Origin: a virus
Strand: one strand, 5' to 3'
Virus record (IMG/VR): IMGVR_UViG_3300045988_011437
Location: 1-42,095 of that record
DNA: 42,095 bases
The position numbers and the translations under genes were made by a program. The notes under the pieces were generated by a model that saw only the letters and a program-made list of their open reading frames with translations, was not told the DNA's origin and searched no databases. Shown piece after piece: positions 1 to 7,989 of this stretch (position 1 is its first letter; the number at the start of each line of letters is the position of its first letter).

Positions 1-51
1 ATGCGGCATAGGTGCCCCGTAAGGGGAGACCACAGCGAGTGACGGGGACTT
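1..51. repeat. Terminal 51-bp direct repeat identical to 42045..42095 (circular contig overlap)
   Basis: Exact 51/51 identity between the two window ends, read directly. Unique genome length is 42044 bp. Confidence 0.95.
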
Positions 52-249
52 TCCCTGAAGCGCTAAAGCAGGGCAGGACTGCAATGCCGCCCAAACAATG
101 CGCTGGCAGACCGCTGTATGGGATGCGTCTCAAATAGTCTGCTTACTGCAAAGGATTTCGCCGTGGTGGACGCTATGTATGCTTGCGGGGCACATAGCTC
201 ACGGTGGGAGAATATTCAGGTGAGGCGAAAGCCGGGTACAGACGTGCCA

Positions 250-735
250 ATGACAAAGGCCAGTGGTGGGAGGCCGGTGCGTCAGACAAGGAAGGAAGTG
301 AGCAAAATGGCAAAGGTAGGATGCCCGAGAAAATACCAAAGCGTCAAGCAAATGCAGAAAGCCATTGACGCTTACTTTGAGAGCTGCAAGGGAGAACCTA
401 TTATTGGCGATGATGGACAGCCCATTATGGACAAATACGGCAACGTCATCCTGATAGGGCAGAAGCCGCCCACGATAACGGGGCTTGCGTTGGCGTTGGG
501 GTTTACGGGCAGACAAGCGCTACTTGACTATCAGGCGCGGCCTGAGTTTACGGACACGGTCACGCGCGCGAAGTCCATGTGCGAGGAATACGCGGAGGCG
601 CGGCTGTATGACCGTGACGGCGCGAACGGCGCAAAGTTCAGCTTGAGCTGCAATTTCGGGTGGCGCGAGAAAGCGCCGGAGACTGACCGGCAGGAGATCG
701 GCGTGGTGCTGATGCCGGAGGTCAGGGATGAGTAA
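250..735 (+). CDS. terS: Terminase small subunit
   Basis: ORF 118..735. The core PPTITGLALALGF...RAKSMCEEYAEARL...GAKFSLSCNFGW looks like the HTH plus oligomerisation core of small terminases. It is the first gene after the candidate late promoter and lies upstream of terL. The true start is probably internal: ATG 250, or ATG 307 preceded by GGAAGGAAG. Confidence 0.75.
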   Translation: MTKASGGRPVRQTRKEVSKMAKVGCPRKYQSVKQMQKAIDAYFESCKGEPIIGDDGQPIMDKYGNVILIGQKPPTITGLALALGFTGRQALLDYQARPEFTDTVTRAKSMCEEYAEARLYDRDGANGAKFSLSCNFGWREKAPETDRQEIGVVLMPEVRDE

Positions 736-761
736 AGCCACACTTTAAAAGGAGGCTTATT

Positions 762-1289
762 GTGGAGAATTGGAAAGTCATACATGGCACAGATGGTGCG
801 TTAGATGTAAGCGATGCGGGTCGAGTAAGGTCGAACCTGCGCGATGGGCGCATACTTAAGCAACAAAAAGACAGTAAGGGCTATTGCCGTGTCCGTGTAA
901 CCATTAACAGGCGGAAATTCTCTCTTAAAGTACATCGTGAAGTCGCAAAGGCGTTTTTGGATAATCCACAACATTTGCCGCAGGTAAACCACATTGACGG
1001 TAATAAGGAAAACAACTCGGCATCCAATTTGGAGTGGATAAGCAATGCTGACAACGCCCGGCATGCGATTAAAACAGGGCTGTGGAGCAATGTGTTCGCG
1101 GCGTCTGAAAAAACGAACAGCGCAAGAAAAACTCCGGTTGTTGCAGAAAACGAAACAACCGGGGAACGATTGTACTTCGATAGTGTGTCGGACGCAGAAA
1201 GATATTTTAACAGCAGGCACATCTCGGATGTGCTCAAGGGGAAAAGAGATCATGTCGCCGGTCATCGGTTTTATAGGGAGGTGATGTGA
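762..1289 (+). CDS. Free-standing HNH homing-type endonuclease (NUMOD4-like N-terminus plus HNH_3-like core)
   Basis: GTG start with AAAGGAGG RBS at 748..755. N-terminus WKVIHG..DVSDAGRVRS. HNH core is NHIDGNKENNSASNLEW..NARHA. The gene is inserted between terS and terL. Confidence 0.85.
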   Translation: MENWKVIHGTDGALDVSDAGRVRSNLRDGRILKQQKDSKGYCRVRVTINRRKFSLKVHREVAKAFLDNPQHLPQVNHIDGNKENNSASNLEWISNADNARHAIKTGLWSNVFAASEKTNSARKTPVVAENETTGERLYFDSVSDAERYFNSRHISDVLKGKRDHVAGHRFYREVM

Positions 1290-1290
1290 T

Positions 1291-1389
1291 ATGAATACAC
1301 CGAGTGTCGTTTGGCAGCCACAGGCCAGGCAAGCCGTCTTTATGGCAAGGCCGGAGTATGAAGCCCTTTATGGCGGGGCAGCAGGTTAG
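1291..1389 (+). CDS. terL: Terminase large subunit, N-terminal 32 codons ending in the first half of Walker A (frame-disrupted)
   Basis: ATG 1291 with RBS GGGAGGTG. It translates MNTPSVVWQPQARQAVFMARPEYEALYGGAAG and then TAG at 1387..1389. The continuation GGGKSDAL lies in another frame. Confidence 0.7.
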   Translation: MNTPSVVWQPQARQAVFMARPEYEALYGGAAG

Positions 1390-1433
1390 GCGGCGGCAAG
1401 AGCGACGCGCTGGTCATAGAGGCGCTGCGGCAG

Positions 1434-2744
1434 GTGCATATCCCCTGGTACAAGGCGCTGATCTTGCGAAAGACGTTCCCGCAGCTGCGGGAGCTGATCG
1501 ACAAGACGCTGAACTACTACCCGCGGGTATACCCCAAGGCCAGGTATAACGGCAGCAGCCACACATGGCGGTTTCCCTCCGGGGCGCAGATCGTGTTCGG
1601 CAGCATGAACCGGCCGCAAGACAAGATACAGTATCAGGGGCAGGCCTATGACTTTATCGCCTTTGACGAGCTGACGCACTTTACGCAGGAGGAATACGAG
1701 TATCTGAAATCCCGAAACCGGCCCAACGGGCCGGGGACGCGGGTGTATATGCGCTCCACGGCCAATCCCGGCGGCGTAGGCCACGGGTGGGTGAAGGAGC
1801 GCTTCATCACGGCGGCGGCGCCGATGCAGACCATCACGGAGGAGGCTGCGTGGTACACGCCGGACGGCAGGAAGCACATAGGGCAGCAGAAGCGGATCTT
1901 CGTGCCGTCCTCGGTATTTGACAACAAGATACTGATGGAAAACGACCCCATGTACGTCCAGCGGCTGGCCAGCATGCCGGAGGCGGAGCGGAACGCCCTG
2001 CTGTACGGCAATTGGGACAGCTTCGAGGGGCAGGTGTTCACGGAGTGGCGCAACGACAGCGAGCACTATATGGACCGGAAGAACACCCACGTGATCGCGC
2101 CGTTCCGGGTGCCGGAGGACTGGGTGATCTGGTGCGGACTGGACTGGGGCTATTCCCGGCCCTTTTCCGTGGGGTGGTACGCCGTGGACCGCAACAGGCG
2201 GATGTACCATATACGGGAGCTATATGGCTGCACGGGAACGCCTAACCGGGGCGTGATGTGGGAGCCAACAAAGGTGGCGCAGGAGATACGTAGGATCGAG
2301 GACGAGGACCCCAACCTGAAGGGGAAACAGATACACCGTGTGGGCGACCCGGCCATCTGGCAAAGCGACGGCACGGAGAGCGTTGGCGCGCTGATGGAGC
2401 GGCAGCGGGTGTACTTCGAGAAGGGTGACCACGCGCGGATCAACGGCAAGATGCAGGTGCACCACCGGCTGGCCTTTGACGAGGATGGAGTGCCCATGCT
2501 GTATGTGTTCAGCACCTGCAAGCATTTTATACGGACGGTGCCGAACCTGGTCTATGACCAGACGGACGTGGAGGACATCGACACCGACGGCGAGGACCAC
2601 ATCTACGACCAGCTGCGGTATGTGTGCATGCGCAACCCCATAGGGCCGCGGGAGGAATACAGGACGGTGGAGCGGCCGTATTCCCCGCTGGAGACAGAGG
2701 ACGAGTACAGGCCCAGCCGGTACGCATTTTATCAAGTGTATTAA
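1434..2744 (+). CDS. terL: Terminase large subunit, main body (frame open from 1362; GGGKS at 1389..1403)
   Basis: 436-aa ORF with ATPase and nuclease regions: ALILRKTFPQL, YDFIAFDELTHF (Walker B-like), STANPGG, and C-terminal DGEDHIYDQLRY. It sits between the HNH gene and portal. There is no start codon in this frame before GTG 1434. Confidence 0.9.
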   Translation: MHIPWYKALILRKTFPQLRELIDKTLNYYPRVYPKARYNGSSHTWRFPSGAQIVFGSMNRPQDKIQYQGQAYDFIAFDELTHFTQEEYEYLKSRNRPNGPGTRVYMRSTANPGGVGHGWVKERFITAAAPMQTITEEAAWYTPDGRKHIGQQKRIFVPSSVFDNKILMENDPMYVQRLASMPEAERNALLYGNWDSFEGQVFTEWRNDSEHYMDRKNTHVIAPFRVPEDWVIWCGLDWGYSRPFSVGWYAVDRNRRMYHIRELYGCTGTPNRGVMWEPTKVAQEIRRIEDEDPNLKGKQIHRVGDPAIWQSDGTESVGALMERQRVYFEKGDHARINGKMQVHHRLAFDEDGVPMLYVFSTCKHFIRTVPNLVYDQTDVEDIDTDGEDHIYDQLRYVCMRNPIGPREEYRTVERPYSPLETEDEYRPSRYAFYQVY

Positions 2745-2754
2745 GGAGGAGCGC

Positions 2755-4689
2755 ATGGAGAGATACGGTATCCCCGGCATCGTACCGGAGGAGCAGGACA
2801 TGGCGCCGGAGATGGCGGCCATGCTGCTGCAGCGGACAGAGCAGACGCCCACCATCACGGACCGGGACGTGGAGCGGGGCATCGACCTGCTGACGAAGTA
2901 CAAGGACGGCAAGAGCAACCTGGAAAACCGCATCGTCAACGACGAGCTGTGGTGGGAGCTGCGGCACTGGGAGGGCATCGGTCAGAGCAAGGCAAAGCGG
3001 GTGGACAAAAGCGGCAAGGAGGTCACGTCTACGCCGCCGGAGCCCAAGCCGTCCTCTGCGTGGCTGTTCAACACCATTCAGAACAAGCACGCCGACGCGA
3101 TGGACAACTACCCGGAGCCGGTGGTATTGCCCCGGGAGCGCAGCGACGAGCAGAGCGCCAAGACGCTGAGCCAGATATTGCCGGTGGTGCAGGAGTACAA
3201 CCACTTCGAGCAGGTGTACTCCGACAACTGGTGGGAGAAGCTGAAGCACGGCACGGCGGTGTACGGCATTTTCTGGGATCCGCAGAAGGACAACGGACTG
3301 GGCGACATCGAGATACGGGACATCGATCTGCTGAAGCTGTTTTGGGAGCCGGGCATCACGGACATCCAGAAGAGCCGGAACCTGTTTATCGTAGACCTGG
3401 TGGACAACGACCTGCTGGACAGCGAGTACCCGCAGCTGAAGGGCAAGCAGAAGGGCAAGGTCGTGGACGTGAAGGAGTACATCTACGACGACAACGTGGA
3501 CACCAGCGACAAGAGCGTGGTGGTGGACTGGTATTACAAGGTCAAGACGCCGGATGGCAGGACGGCGCTGCACTACATCAAATTCGTGGGCTCCACGCTG
3601 CTGTACGCCAGCGAGAACGACCCGGAGTACCGGGAGCGGGGCTTTTATGACCACGGTATGTATCCGGTGGTGCTGGACGTGATGTACCCGGAGAAGGGTA
3701 CCCCCATCGGCTTCGGCTATGTGGCCATCTGCAAGGACCCGCAGCTGTACATCGACAAGCTGAGCGCCAACATTCTGGAGAACGCCATGATGGCCACGAA
3801 AAAGCGTTTCTTTGTCAGCGACACCACGGCCATCAACGAGCAGGAGTTTTTGGACTGGAACCGGCCGCTGGTGCATGTGAACGGGCCGCTGGACGACGGG
3901 CGCATACAGGAGATCGTGACGCAGCCGCTTTCCGACATCTATGTGACTGTGGCGCAGATGAAGATCGAGGAGATGAAGGACACGGCGGCCAACCGTGATG
4001 TGAACTCCGGCGGTACCACCAACGTGACCGCGGCGGCGGCCATTGCAGCTTTGCAGGAGGCGGGCAACAAGGCCAGCCGTGACATGATCGCCGCCAGCTA
4101 TCGGGCGTATACGCAGATCAACACACTGTGCGTGGAGCTGATGCGGCAGTTTTACGACCTGAGCCGCAGCTTCCGCATTACAGGTGAGGGCAGCGAGTAC
4201 CAGTTTATCGACTTCGACAACACCGGCTTGCAGGACCAGGTGACCGGACTGGATACGATGGGCAATCCCATGTTCCGCCGGCCGGTGTTTGATTTGAAGA
4301 TCAAGGCGCAGAAGAAAAACCCCTTTAGCCGCATGGAGCAGAACGAGCGGGCCAAGGAGCTGTACGCAATGGGCTTTTTCGCGCCGGAGAACGCGCAGGC
4401 CAGTTTGATCGCGCTGGACATGATGGACTTTGAGGGCATACAGACGGTGAAGGAGAAGGTCATGCAGGGGCAAACGCTGCTGAACATGGTGATGCAGATG
4501 AGCCAGCAGTTGGCGGCGATCACCGGCGTTCTCATGCCCCAGGAGGAGACGCAGGCAGGCGGCGGCACCAATGCCGCAGAGAGCGGCGGAGGCGGCGGGA
4601 ACGGCCTTGCAAGCGGCATCATGGAGGCGCAGACGCCCATGACCGGGTACGGGCAGGCGCTTGCCAAGCGGAGCACACCCAGCGTATGA
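2755..4689 (+). CDS. Portal protein
   Basis: 644 aa, immediately downstream of terL with a GGAGG RBS. Size and position are typical. The acidic/Gly-rich C-terminal tail is common in portals. Confidence 0.8.
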   Translation: MERYGIPGIVPEEQDMAPEMAAMLLQRTEQTPTITDRDVERGIDLLTKYKDGKSNLENRIVNDELWWELRHWEGIGQSKAKRVDKSGKEVTSTPPEPKPSSAWLFNTIQNKHADAMDNYPEPVVLPRERSDEQSAKTLSQILPVVQEYNHFEQVYSDNWWEKLKHGTAVYGIFWDPQKDNGLGDIEIRDIDLLKLFWEPGITDIQKSRNLFIVDLVDNDLLDSEYPQLKGKQKGKVVDVKEYIYDDNVDTSDKSVVVDWYYKVKTPDGRTALHYIKFVGSTLLYASENDPEYRERGFYDHGMYPVVLDVMYPEKGTPIGFGYVAICKDPQLYIDKLSANILENAMMATKKRFFVSDTTAINEQEFLDWNRPLVHVNGPLDDGRIQEIVTQPLSDIYVTVAQMKIEEMKDTAANRDVNSGGTTNVTAAAAIAALQEAGNKASRDMIAASYRAYTQINTLCVELMRQFYDLSRSFRITGEGSEYQFIDFDNTGLQDQVTGLDTMGNPMFRRPVFDLKIKAQKKNPFSRMEQNERAKELYAMGFFAPENAQASLIALDMMDFEGIQTVKEKVMQGQTLLNMVMQMSQQLAAITGVLMPQEETQAGGGTNAAESGGGGGNGLASGIMEAQTPMTGYGQALAKRSTPSV

Positions 4690-4964
4690 CAGAGGTGACG
4701 ATGCACCGCGGGGACAGCTGCTCTGTCAGGTGCAGGGGACACGCCACGGGCGCACCGGACGTTTGTGCGGCGGTAAGCTGCCTCATGTACACGGCGGCGG
4801 GGTGGCTGCACAACACGCAGGAGGCGGAGCTGGTGTATGAAAAGCTGGACAGCGGGGATGCGTACCTGCGTTGGCACGGCGGGGAATGGCTGTACGACCT
4901 GCTGAAGATCGGCTTTTTGCAGCTGGAAAAAGCGGCGCCGAAAAAAATTTCTGTAAAATTTTGA
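4686..4964 (+). CDS. prp: Prp-family cysteine protease (ribosomal-processing protease homologue, DUF464-like)
   Basis: 92 aa with an ATGA overlap with portal. Motif GHATGAPDVCAAVSCL carries the His and Cys arranged as in Prp proteases. Confidence 0.8.
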   Translation: MTEVTMHRGDSCSVRCRGHATGAPDVCAAVSCLMYTAAGWLHNTQEAELVYEKLDSGDAYLRWHGGEWLYDLLKIGFLQLEKAAPKKISVKF

Positions 4965-4989
4965 AAATTCCACTTTTAAGTGGAAAAAT
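4961..4989 (+). promoter_or_regulatory. Candidate late promoter, copy A: TTGAAA-17 nt-AAAAAT with palindrome TTCCACTT-TT-AAGTGGAA in the spacer
   Basis: Read directly. The identical architecture recurs at 41899..41927. The -10 is weak because it lacks the first T, which suggests activator dependence. Confidence 0.45.
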
Positions 4990-5010
4990 CAGAAAAAGCA
5001 ATGGTACCGT

Positions 5011-5047
5011 GGGAGGTGCAGAGGCGAACTCTGTACCTCCCTTTTGT
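5011..5047 (+). terminator. Conserved 12-bp stem-loop plus T-tract (intrinsic terminator or antitermination target), copy A
   Basis: GGGAGGTGCAGA / loop GGCGAAC / TCTGTACCTCCC, then TTTTGTT. It starts 22 nt after the -10, the same spacing as the copy at 41949..41994. Confidence 0.55.
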
Positions 5048-5146
5048 TCCGGGCGGCGGGGCGGCGGTTATGAGACACCGCTTCGCCGCAGGAACGGGGA
5101 CGCCACACGGGAGCGACATGCCCGCGCATTATTAGGAGGACAAGAT

Positions 5147-6103
5147 ATGTACCTTTTTGACATGAGCCTTTGCCTGTTTGACGGCGAGGGCGGCGGGGCG
5201 GCAGCTCCCGCAGCACAGGGCGAGACACAAGCGAGCACTGGTACCACCCGCCAGGGCAAAACGGGCGCACTGAGCGACGTGAAGTACGGCAAACAGCCGG
5301 AGAGCGAAGCACAGACGGAGCAGCAGCCTGACGCCGGGGCTGAGGAGAAGGTGAAGGACGTGGAGACCGCGTCCGACGCGCTGGAGGCCAAGAAAAAGGC
5401 TTTCAGGGAGTTGATCAACGGGGAGTACAAGGACCTGTACACCCAGGAAACGCAGCGGATGATCGACCGGCGCTTTAAGGAGGCGCGGGAGAACGAGAAG
5501 CGGATGAAATCCTACCAGCCGGTGCTGGATACGCTGATGGAGCGTTACGGCATCGACGACGGGGACGCCGCGCGGCTGCTGGAGGCCGTGGACAACGACC
5601 ACGCCTACTGGAGCGAGGCCGCCGAGGAGGCGGGCATGAGCGAGGAGCAGTACAAGGAGTTCCGCCGGCTGAAGCGGGAGAACGCCGAGCTGCTGCGGAG
5701 CCAGCAGGAGCAGCAGCAAAACGAGTTTTTCCGGGCGCAGGGCGAGAAGTGGTACAAGGAGGCGGAGGCCATGAAGGGCAACCCCCTGTACCAGGGCTTC
5801 GACCTGATGCAGGAGCTGCAGAACCCGGAGTTTCTGAGCCTGCTGAAGGCCGGGACACCGGTGGAGCACGCCTACCGCGTGCTGCATTTCGACGAGCTGA
5901 TGGGCAGCGCGGTACAGGCCGCGGCCGCCAGCACGGAAAAGAAGGTGGCAGACTCCGTCCGCGCAAAGGGCAATCGTCCCAACGAAAACGGCACCAACTC
6001 CAACAGCGCGTTCGTAACAAAGACGGATCCCTCAAAGCTGACAAGGGCAGACTTTGAGGAGATCGAGCGGAGAGTGGCAAGAGGCGAACGCATTTCGTTC
6101 TGA
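5147..6103 (+). CDS. Scaffolding protein (putative)
   Basis: ATG 5147 with TAGGAGGA RBS. The 318-aa protein is E/K/Q-rich and predicted helical, and lies directly upstream of the major capsid gene. N-terminus MYLFDMSLCLFDGEGG carries the shared LxLFDG motif. Confidence 0.65.
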   Translation: MYLFDMSLCLFDGEGGGAAAPAAQGETQASTGTTRQGKTGALSDVKYGKQPESEAQTEQQPDAGAEEKVKDVETASDALEAKKKAFRELINGEYKDLYTQETQRMIDRRFKEARENEKRMKSYQPVLDTLMERYGIDDGDAARLLEAVDNDHAYWSEAAEEAGMSEEQYKEFRRLKRENAELLRSQQEQQQNEFFRAQGEKWYKEAEAMKGNPLYQGFDLMQELQNPEFLSLLKAGTPVEHAYRVLHFDELMGSAVQAAAASTEKKVADSVRAKGNRPNENGTNSNSAFVTKTDPSKLTRADFEEIERRVARGERISF

Positions 6104-6148
6104 TCTCTCACGGCTCCGCTGCGATATGCTGAAAGGAGCTATGAAACT

Positions 6149-7432
6149 ATGATGAATACCATTTGTGACCTGTACCTGATGCCGGTGGTGCTGAACCTGT
6201 TTGACGGCAACACCAACACCACCCTGGACGCCGGCTTGTCCGACGAGATGAAGACGTATTACTCTATGCGTCTTATCAATCTGGCCGAGCCGGAGCTTAT
6301 CCATGACCAGTTTGGCCAGAAGCATCCTATCCCCAAGAACAGCGGCAAGACCATCGAGTTCCGCAAGTACGACAGCCTGCCCAAGGCGCTGGTGCCCCTG
6401 ACCGAAGGTGTGACCCCCGCCGGCCAGAAGCTGAGCATGGGCGTCATCCGTGCGACCATCAAGCAGTACGGTGGTTACATCGAGCTGTCCGACATCCTGG
6501 AGCTGACCGCTATTGACAACAACCTGGTGCAGGCCACCCGCCTGCTGGCCTCTCAGGCCGGCCGTACCTCCGACACCATCACCCGCGAGGTGCTGGCAGG
6601 CGGCACCAACGTGGTGTATGCCGGCGGCGCCAAGGACAGAAGCGAGCTGGTGGGCGGCGACGCCACTGAGGCCAACAACAAGTATCTGAGCGTGGACGAC
6701 ATCCGCAAGGCCGTCCGTGCGCTGAAGGTCATGAACGCCCAGAAGATCAACGGCTACTTCGCGGGTATCATTCACCCCGATACCGCCTATGACCTGATGA
6801 GCGACAAGAAGTGGGTGGACGTGAAGACCTACTCCGACCCCGACGGTATCTATGAAGGCGAGATCGGCAAGATCGAGGGCGTCCGTTTCGTAGAGACCAC
6901 CGAGGCAAAGATCTTCCACGCCCCCGACCTGGTGATCGCCGACGGCAGCAACGCCGCTGTTCGTGACCTGACCGTCAAGAGCGCGTCCGGCAAGGTCATC
7001 ACCGTCACCGAGGCCCTGAGCACCAACCAGGCTGCCGCGCTGACCGGCCGCGAGATCCTGGTGGGCAGCGAGCTGATGGAGGTGGCGTCCGCGGCCGCAG
7101 GTGCTGCCGGTGCTGCGACCATCACCGTGAAGGACAGCCCCGCAACCACGCCTGCCGCGTCTACCGTGATCTATCCCGGTGAGGGCGGCGCAAAGGGCCG
7201 CGACGTGTATTCCACCCTGATCGTGGGCGCCGACGCATACGGCGTGACCGAGCTGGAGGGCGGCGGTCTGCAGCACATCGTGAAGCAGCTGGGCTCCTCC
7301 GGCACCGCTGACCCGCTGAACCAGCGCGCCACCGCCGGCTGGAAGCTGACCAAGGTGGCCGAGCGACTGGTGGAGCAGTACATGGTGCGTATCGAGTCCG
7401 CCTCTACCTTTGAGAGCGGCCTGATGAACTGA
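6149..7432 (+). CDS. Major capsid protein (HK97 fold, N4-gp56-like family)
   Basis: 427 aa. The region PKNSGKTIEFRKYDSLPKALVPLTEGVTPAGQKL...IKQYGGYIELSDILELTAID..TRLLASQAGRTSDTITRE resembles the N4-gp56 capsid family as I recall it. Position after scaffold fits. Confidence 0.85.
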   Translation: MMNTICDLYLMPVVLNLFDGNTNTTLDAGLSDEMKTYYSMRLINLAEPELIHDQFGQKHPIPKNSGKTIEFRKYDSLPKALVPLTEGVTPAGQKLSMGVIRATIKQYGGYIELSDILELTAIDNNLVQATRLLASQAGRTSDTITREVLAGGTNVVYAGGAKDRSELVGGDATEANNKYLSVDDIRKAVRALKVMNAQKINGYFAGIIHPDTAYDLMSDKKWVDVKTYSDPDGIYEGEIGKIEGVRFVETTEAKIFHAPDLVIADGSNAAVRDLTVKSASGKVITVTEALSTNQAAALTGREILVGSELMEVASAAAGAAGAATITVKDSPATTPAASTVIYPGEGGAKGRDVYSTLIVGADAYGVTELEGGGLQHIVKQLGSSGTADPLNQRATAGWKLTKVAERLVEQYMVRIESASTFESGLMN

Positions 7433-7439
7433 CACACAA

Positions 7440-7465
7440 GCGGAGGGGGCATCGTCCCCCTCCGC
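7440..7465 (+). other. Perfect 10-bp GC hairpin after the capsid gene, no T-tract (RNA-stabilising element or weak attenuator)
   Basis: GCGGAGGGGG / CATCGT / CCCCCTCCGC, read directly. Confidence 0.4.
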
Positions 7466-7488
7466 CCCGGACATGAGGAGTGATAAAC

Positions 7489-7875
7489 ATGGCAGAAAAG
7501 AAGCAGAGAACGCCTGAGGAAATGGAACAGGCATTGGCCGCGGCCAACGAGGCGCTGGAGCAGGCCAAGAAGGAGGCTGAGGACGCCAAGGAGGCCGCAA
7601 AGGCCGCCGAGGAGGTCATGCGTGGCATGTCTGTCAGAGAGGCGGACGACGGCATGGTCTCGTTCTACGCTTTCAAGGACGACGACAGATACAAGGACGA
7701 CATCGTGGTGGGGCTGAACGGCAAGGTGTACCGCATCCAGCGGGGCAAGCACGTCCGTATCCCGCGGCCGGTATACAACATCATCCGCCGGTCGATGGCC
7801 CAGGACGCGGCCACAGCGGAGATGCTGGAGGAAAAGGCCCGGGAGTATGAGGCGGTAAAGCAGCAGCTGAACTGA
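7489..7875 (+). CDS. Hypothetical head-associated protein (coiled-coil N-terminus)
   Basis: ATG 7489 lies 8 nt after GAGGAG. 128 aa. Position directly after the capsid gene. Confidence 0.6.
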   Translation: MAEKKQRTPEEMEQALAAANEALEQAKKEAEDAKEAAKAAEEVMRGMSVREADDGMVSFYAFKDDDRYKDDIVVGLNGKVYRIQRGKHVRIPRPVYNIIRRSMAQDAATAEMLEEKAREYEAVKQQLN

Positions 7876-7914
7876 CAACTGCATACCACCGCGAGACCCA
7901 AAAACGGCTGTGAC

Positions 7915-7969
7915 ACGGCGCAGCAAGCTGAGAAGGACGTTATCCTTCCTGCTTGCTGTGCCGTTTTTT
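7915..7969 (+). terminator. Strong intrinsic terminator (long compound hairpin plus T6)
   Basis: ACGGCGCAGCAAGC ... inner GAAGGA/TCCTTC ... GCTTGCTGTGCCGT, followed by TTTTTT. Confidence 0.75.
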
Positions 7970-7989
7970 CACGGCAGAAAGGAGCGGAC

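Noticed and set aside
1-51. The 51-bp terminal repeat as a biological direct terminal repeat or cos end.
   Set aside because: An exact k-mer-sized overlap at contig ends is the usual signature of a circular assembly. Nothing in the sequence marks it as a physical genome end, and the real termini need read-based mapping.
1387-1440. A long T4 gene-60-style translational bypass from GGT-TAG to a downstream GGT near 1412 or 1433.
   Set aside because: Downstream GGT triplets are in the wrong register for the terL frame. Such a bypass would also skip the GGGKS codons that the ATPase needs, so only a short hop, slip or indel at 1384..1391 makes sense.
2527-4473. 648-aa minus-strand ORF. Similar long antisense ORFs occur at 1386..2210, 6032..7600, 7665..8675, 7969..9306, 11864..13750, 16467..18458, 18975..20951, 21384..22214, 25620..26867 and 37599..39062.
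   Set aside because: All lie entirely antisense to well-supported plus-strand genes and lack RBS-like sequences. They translate to R/H/L/P/V-rich low-complexity strings, which is typical of stop-poor antisense frames in GC-rich coding DNA.
4871-5146. N-terminal 92-codon extension of the scaffold ORF in the ORF track.
   Set aside because: The extension reads through the promoter-like element, hairpin and T-tract. It has no RBS at 4871 and overlaps prp out of frame. ATG 5147 has a strong TAGGAGGA RBS and yields the LxLFDG N-terminus shared with the capsid protein.
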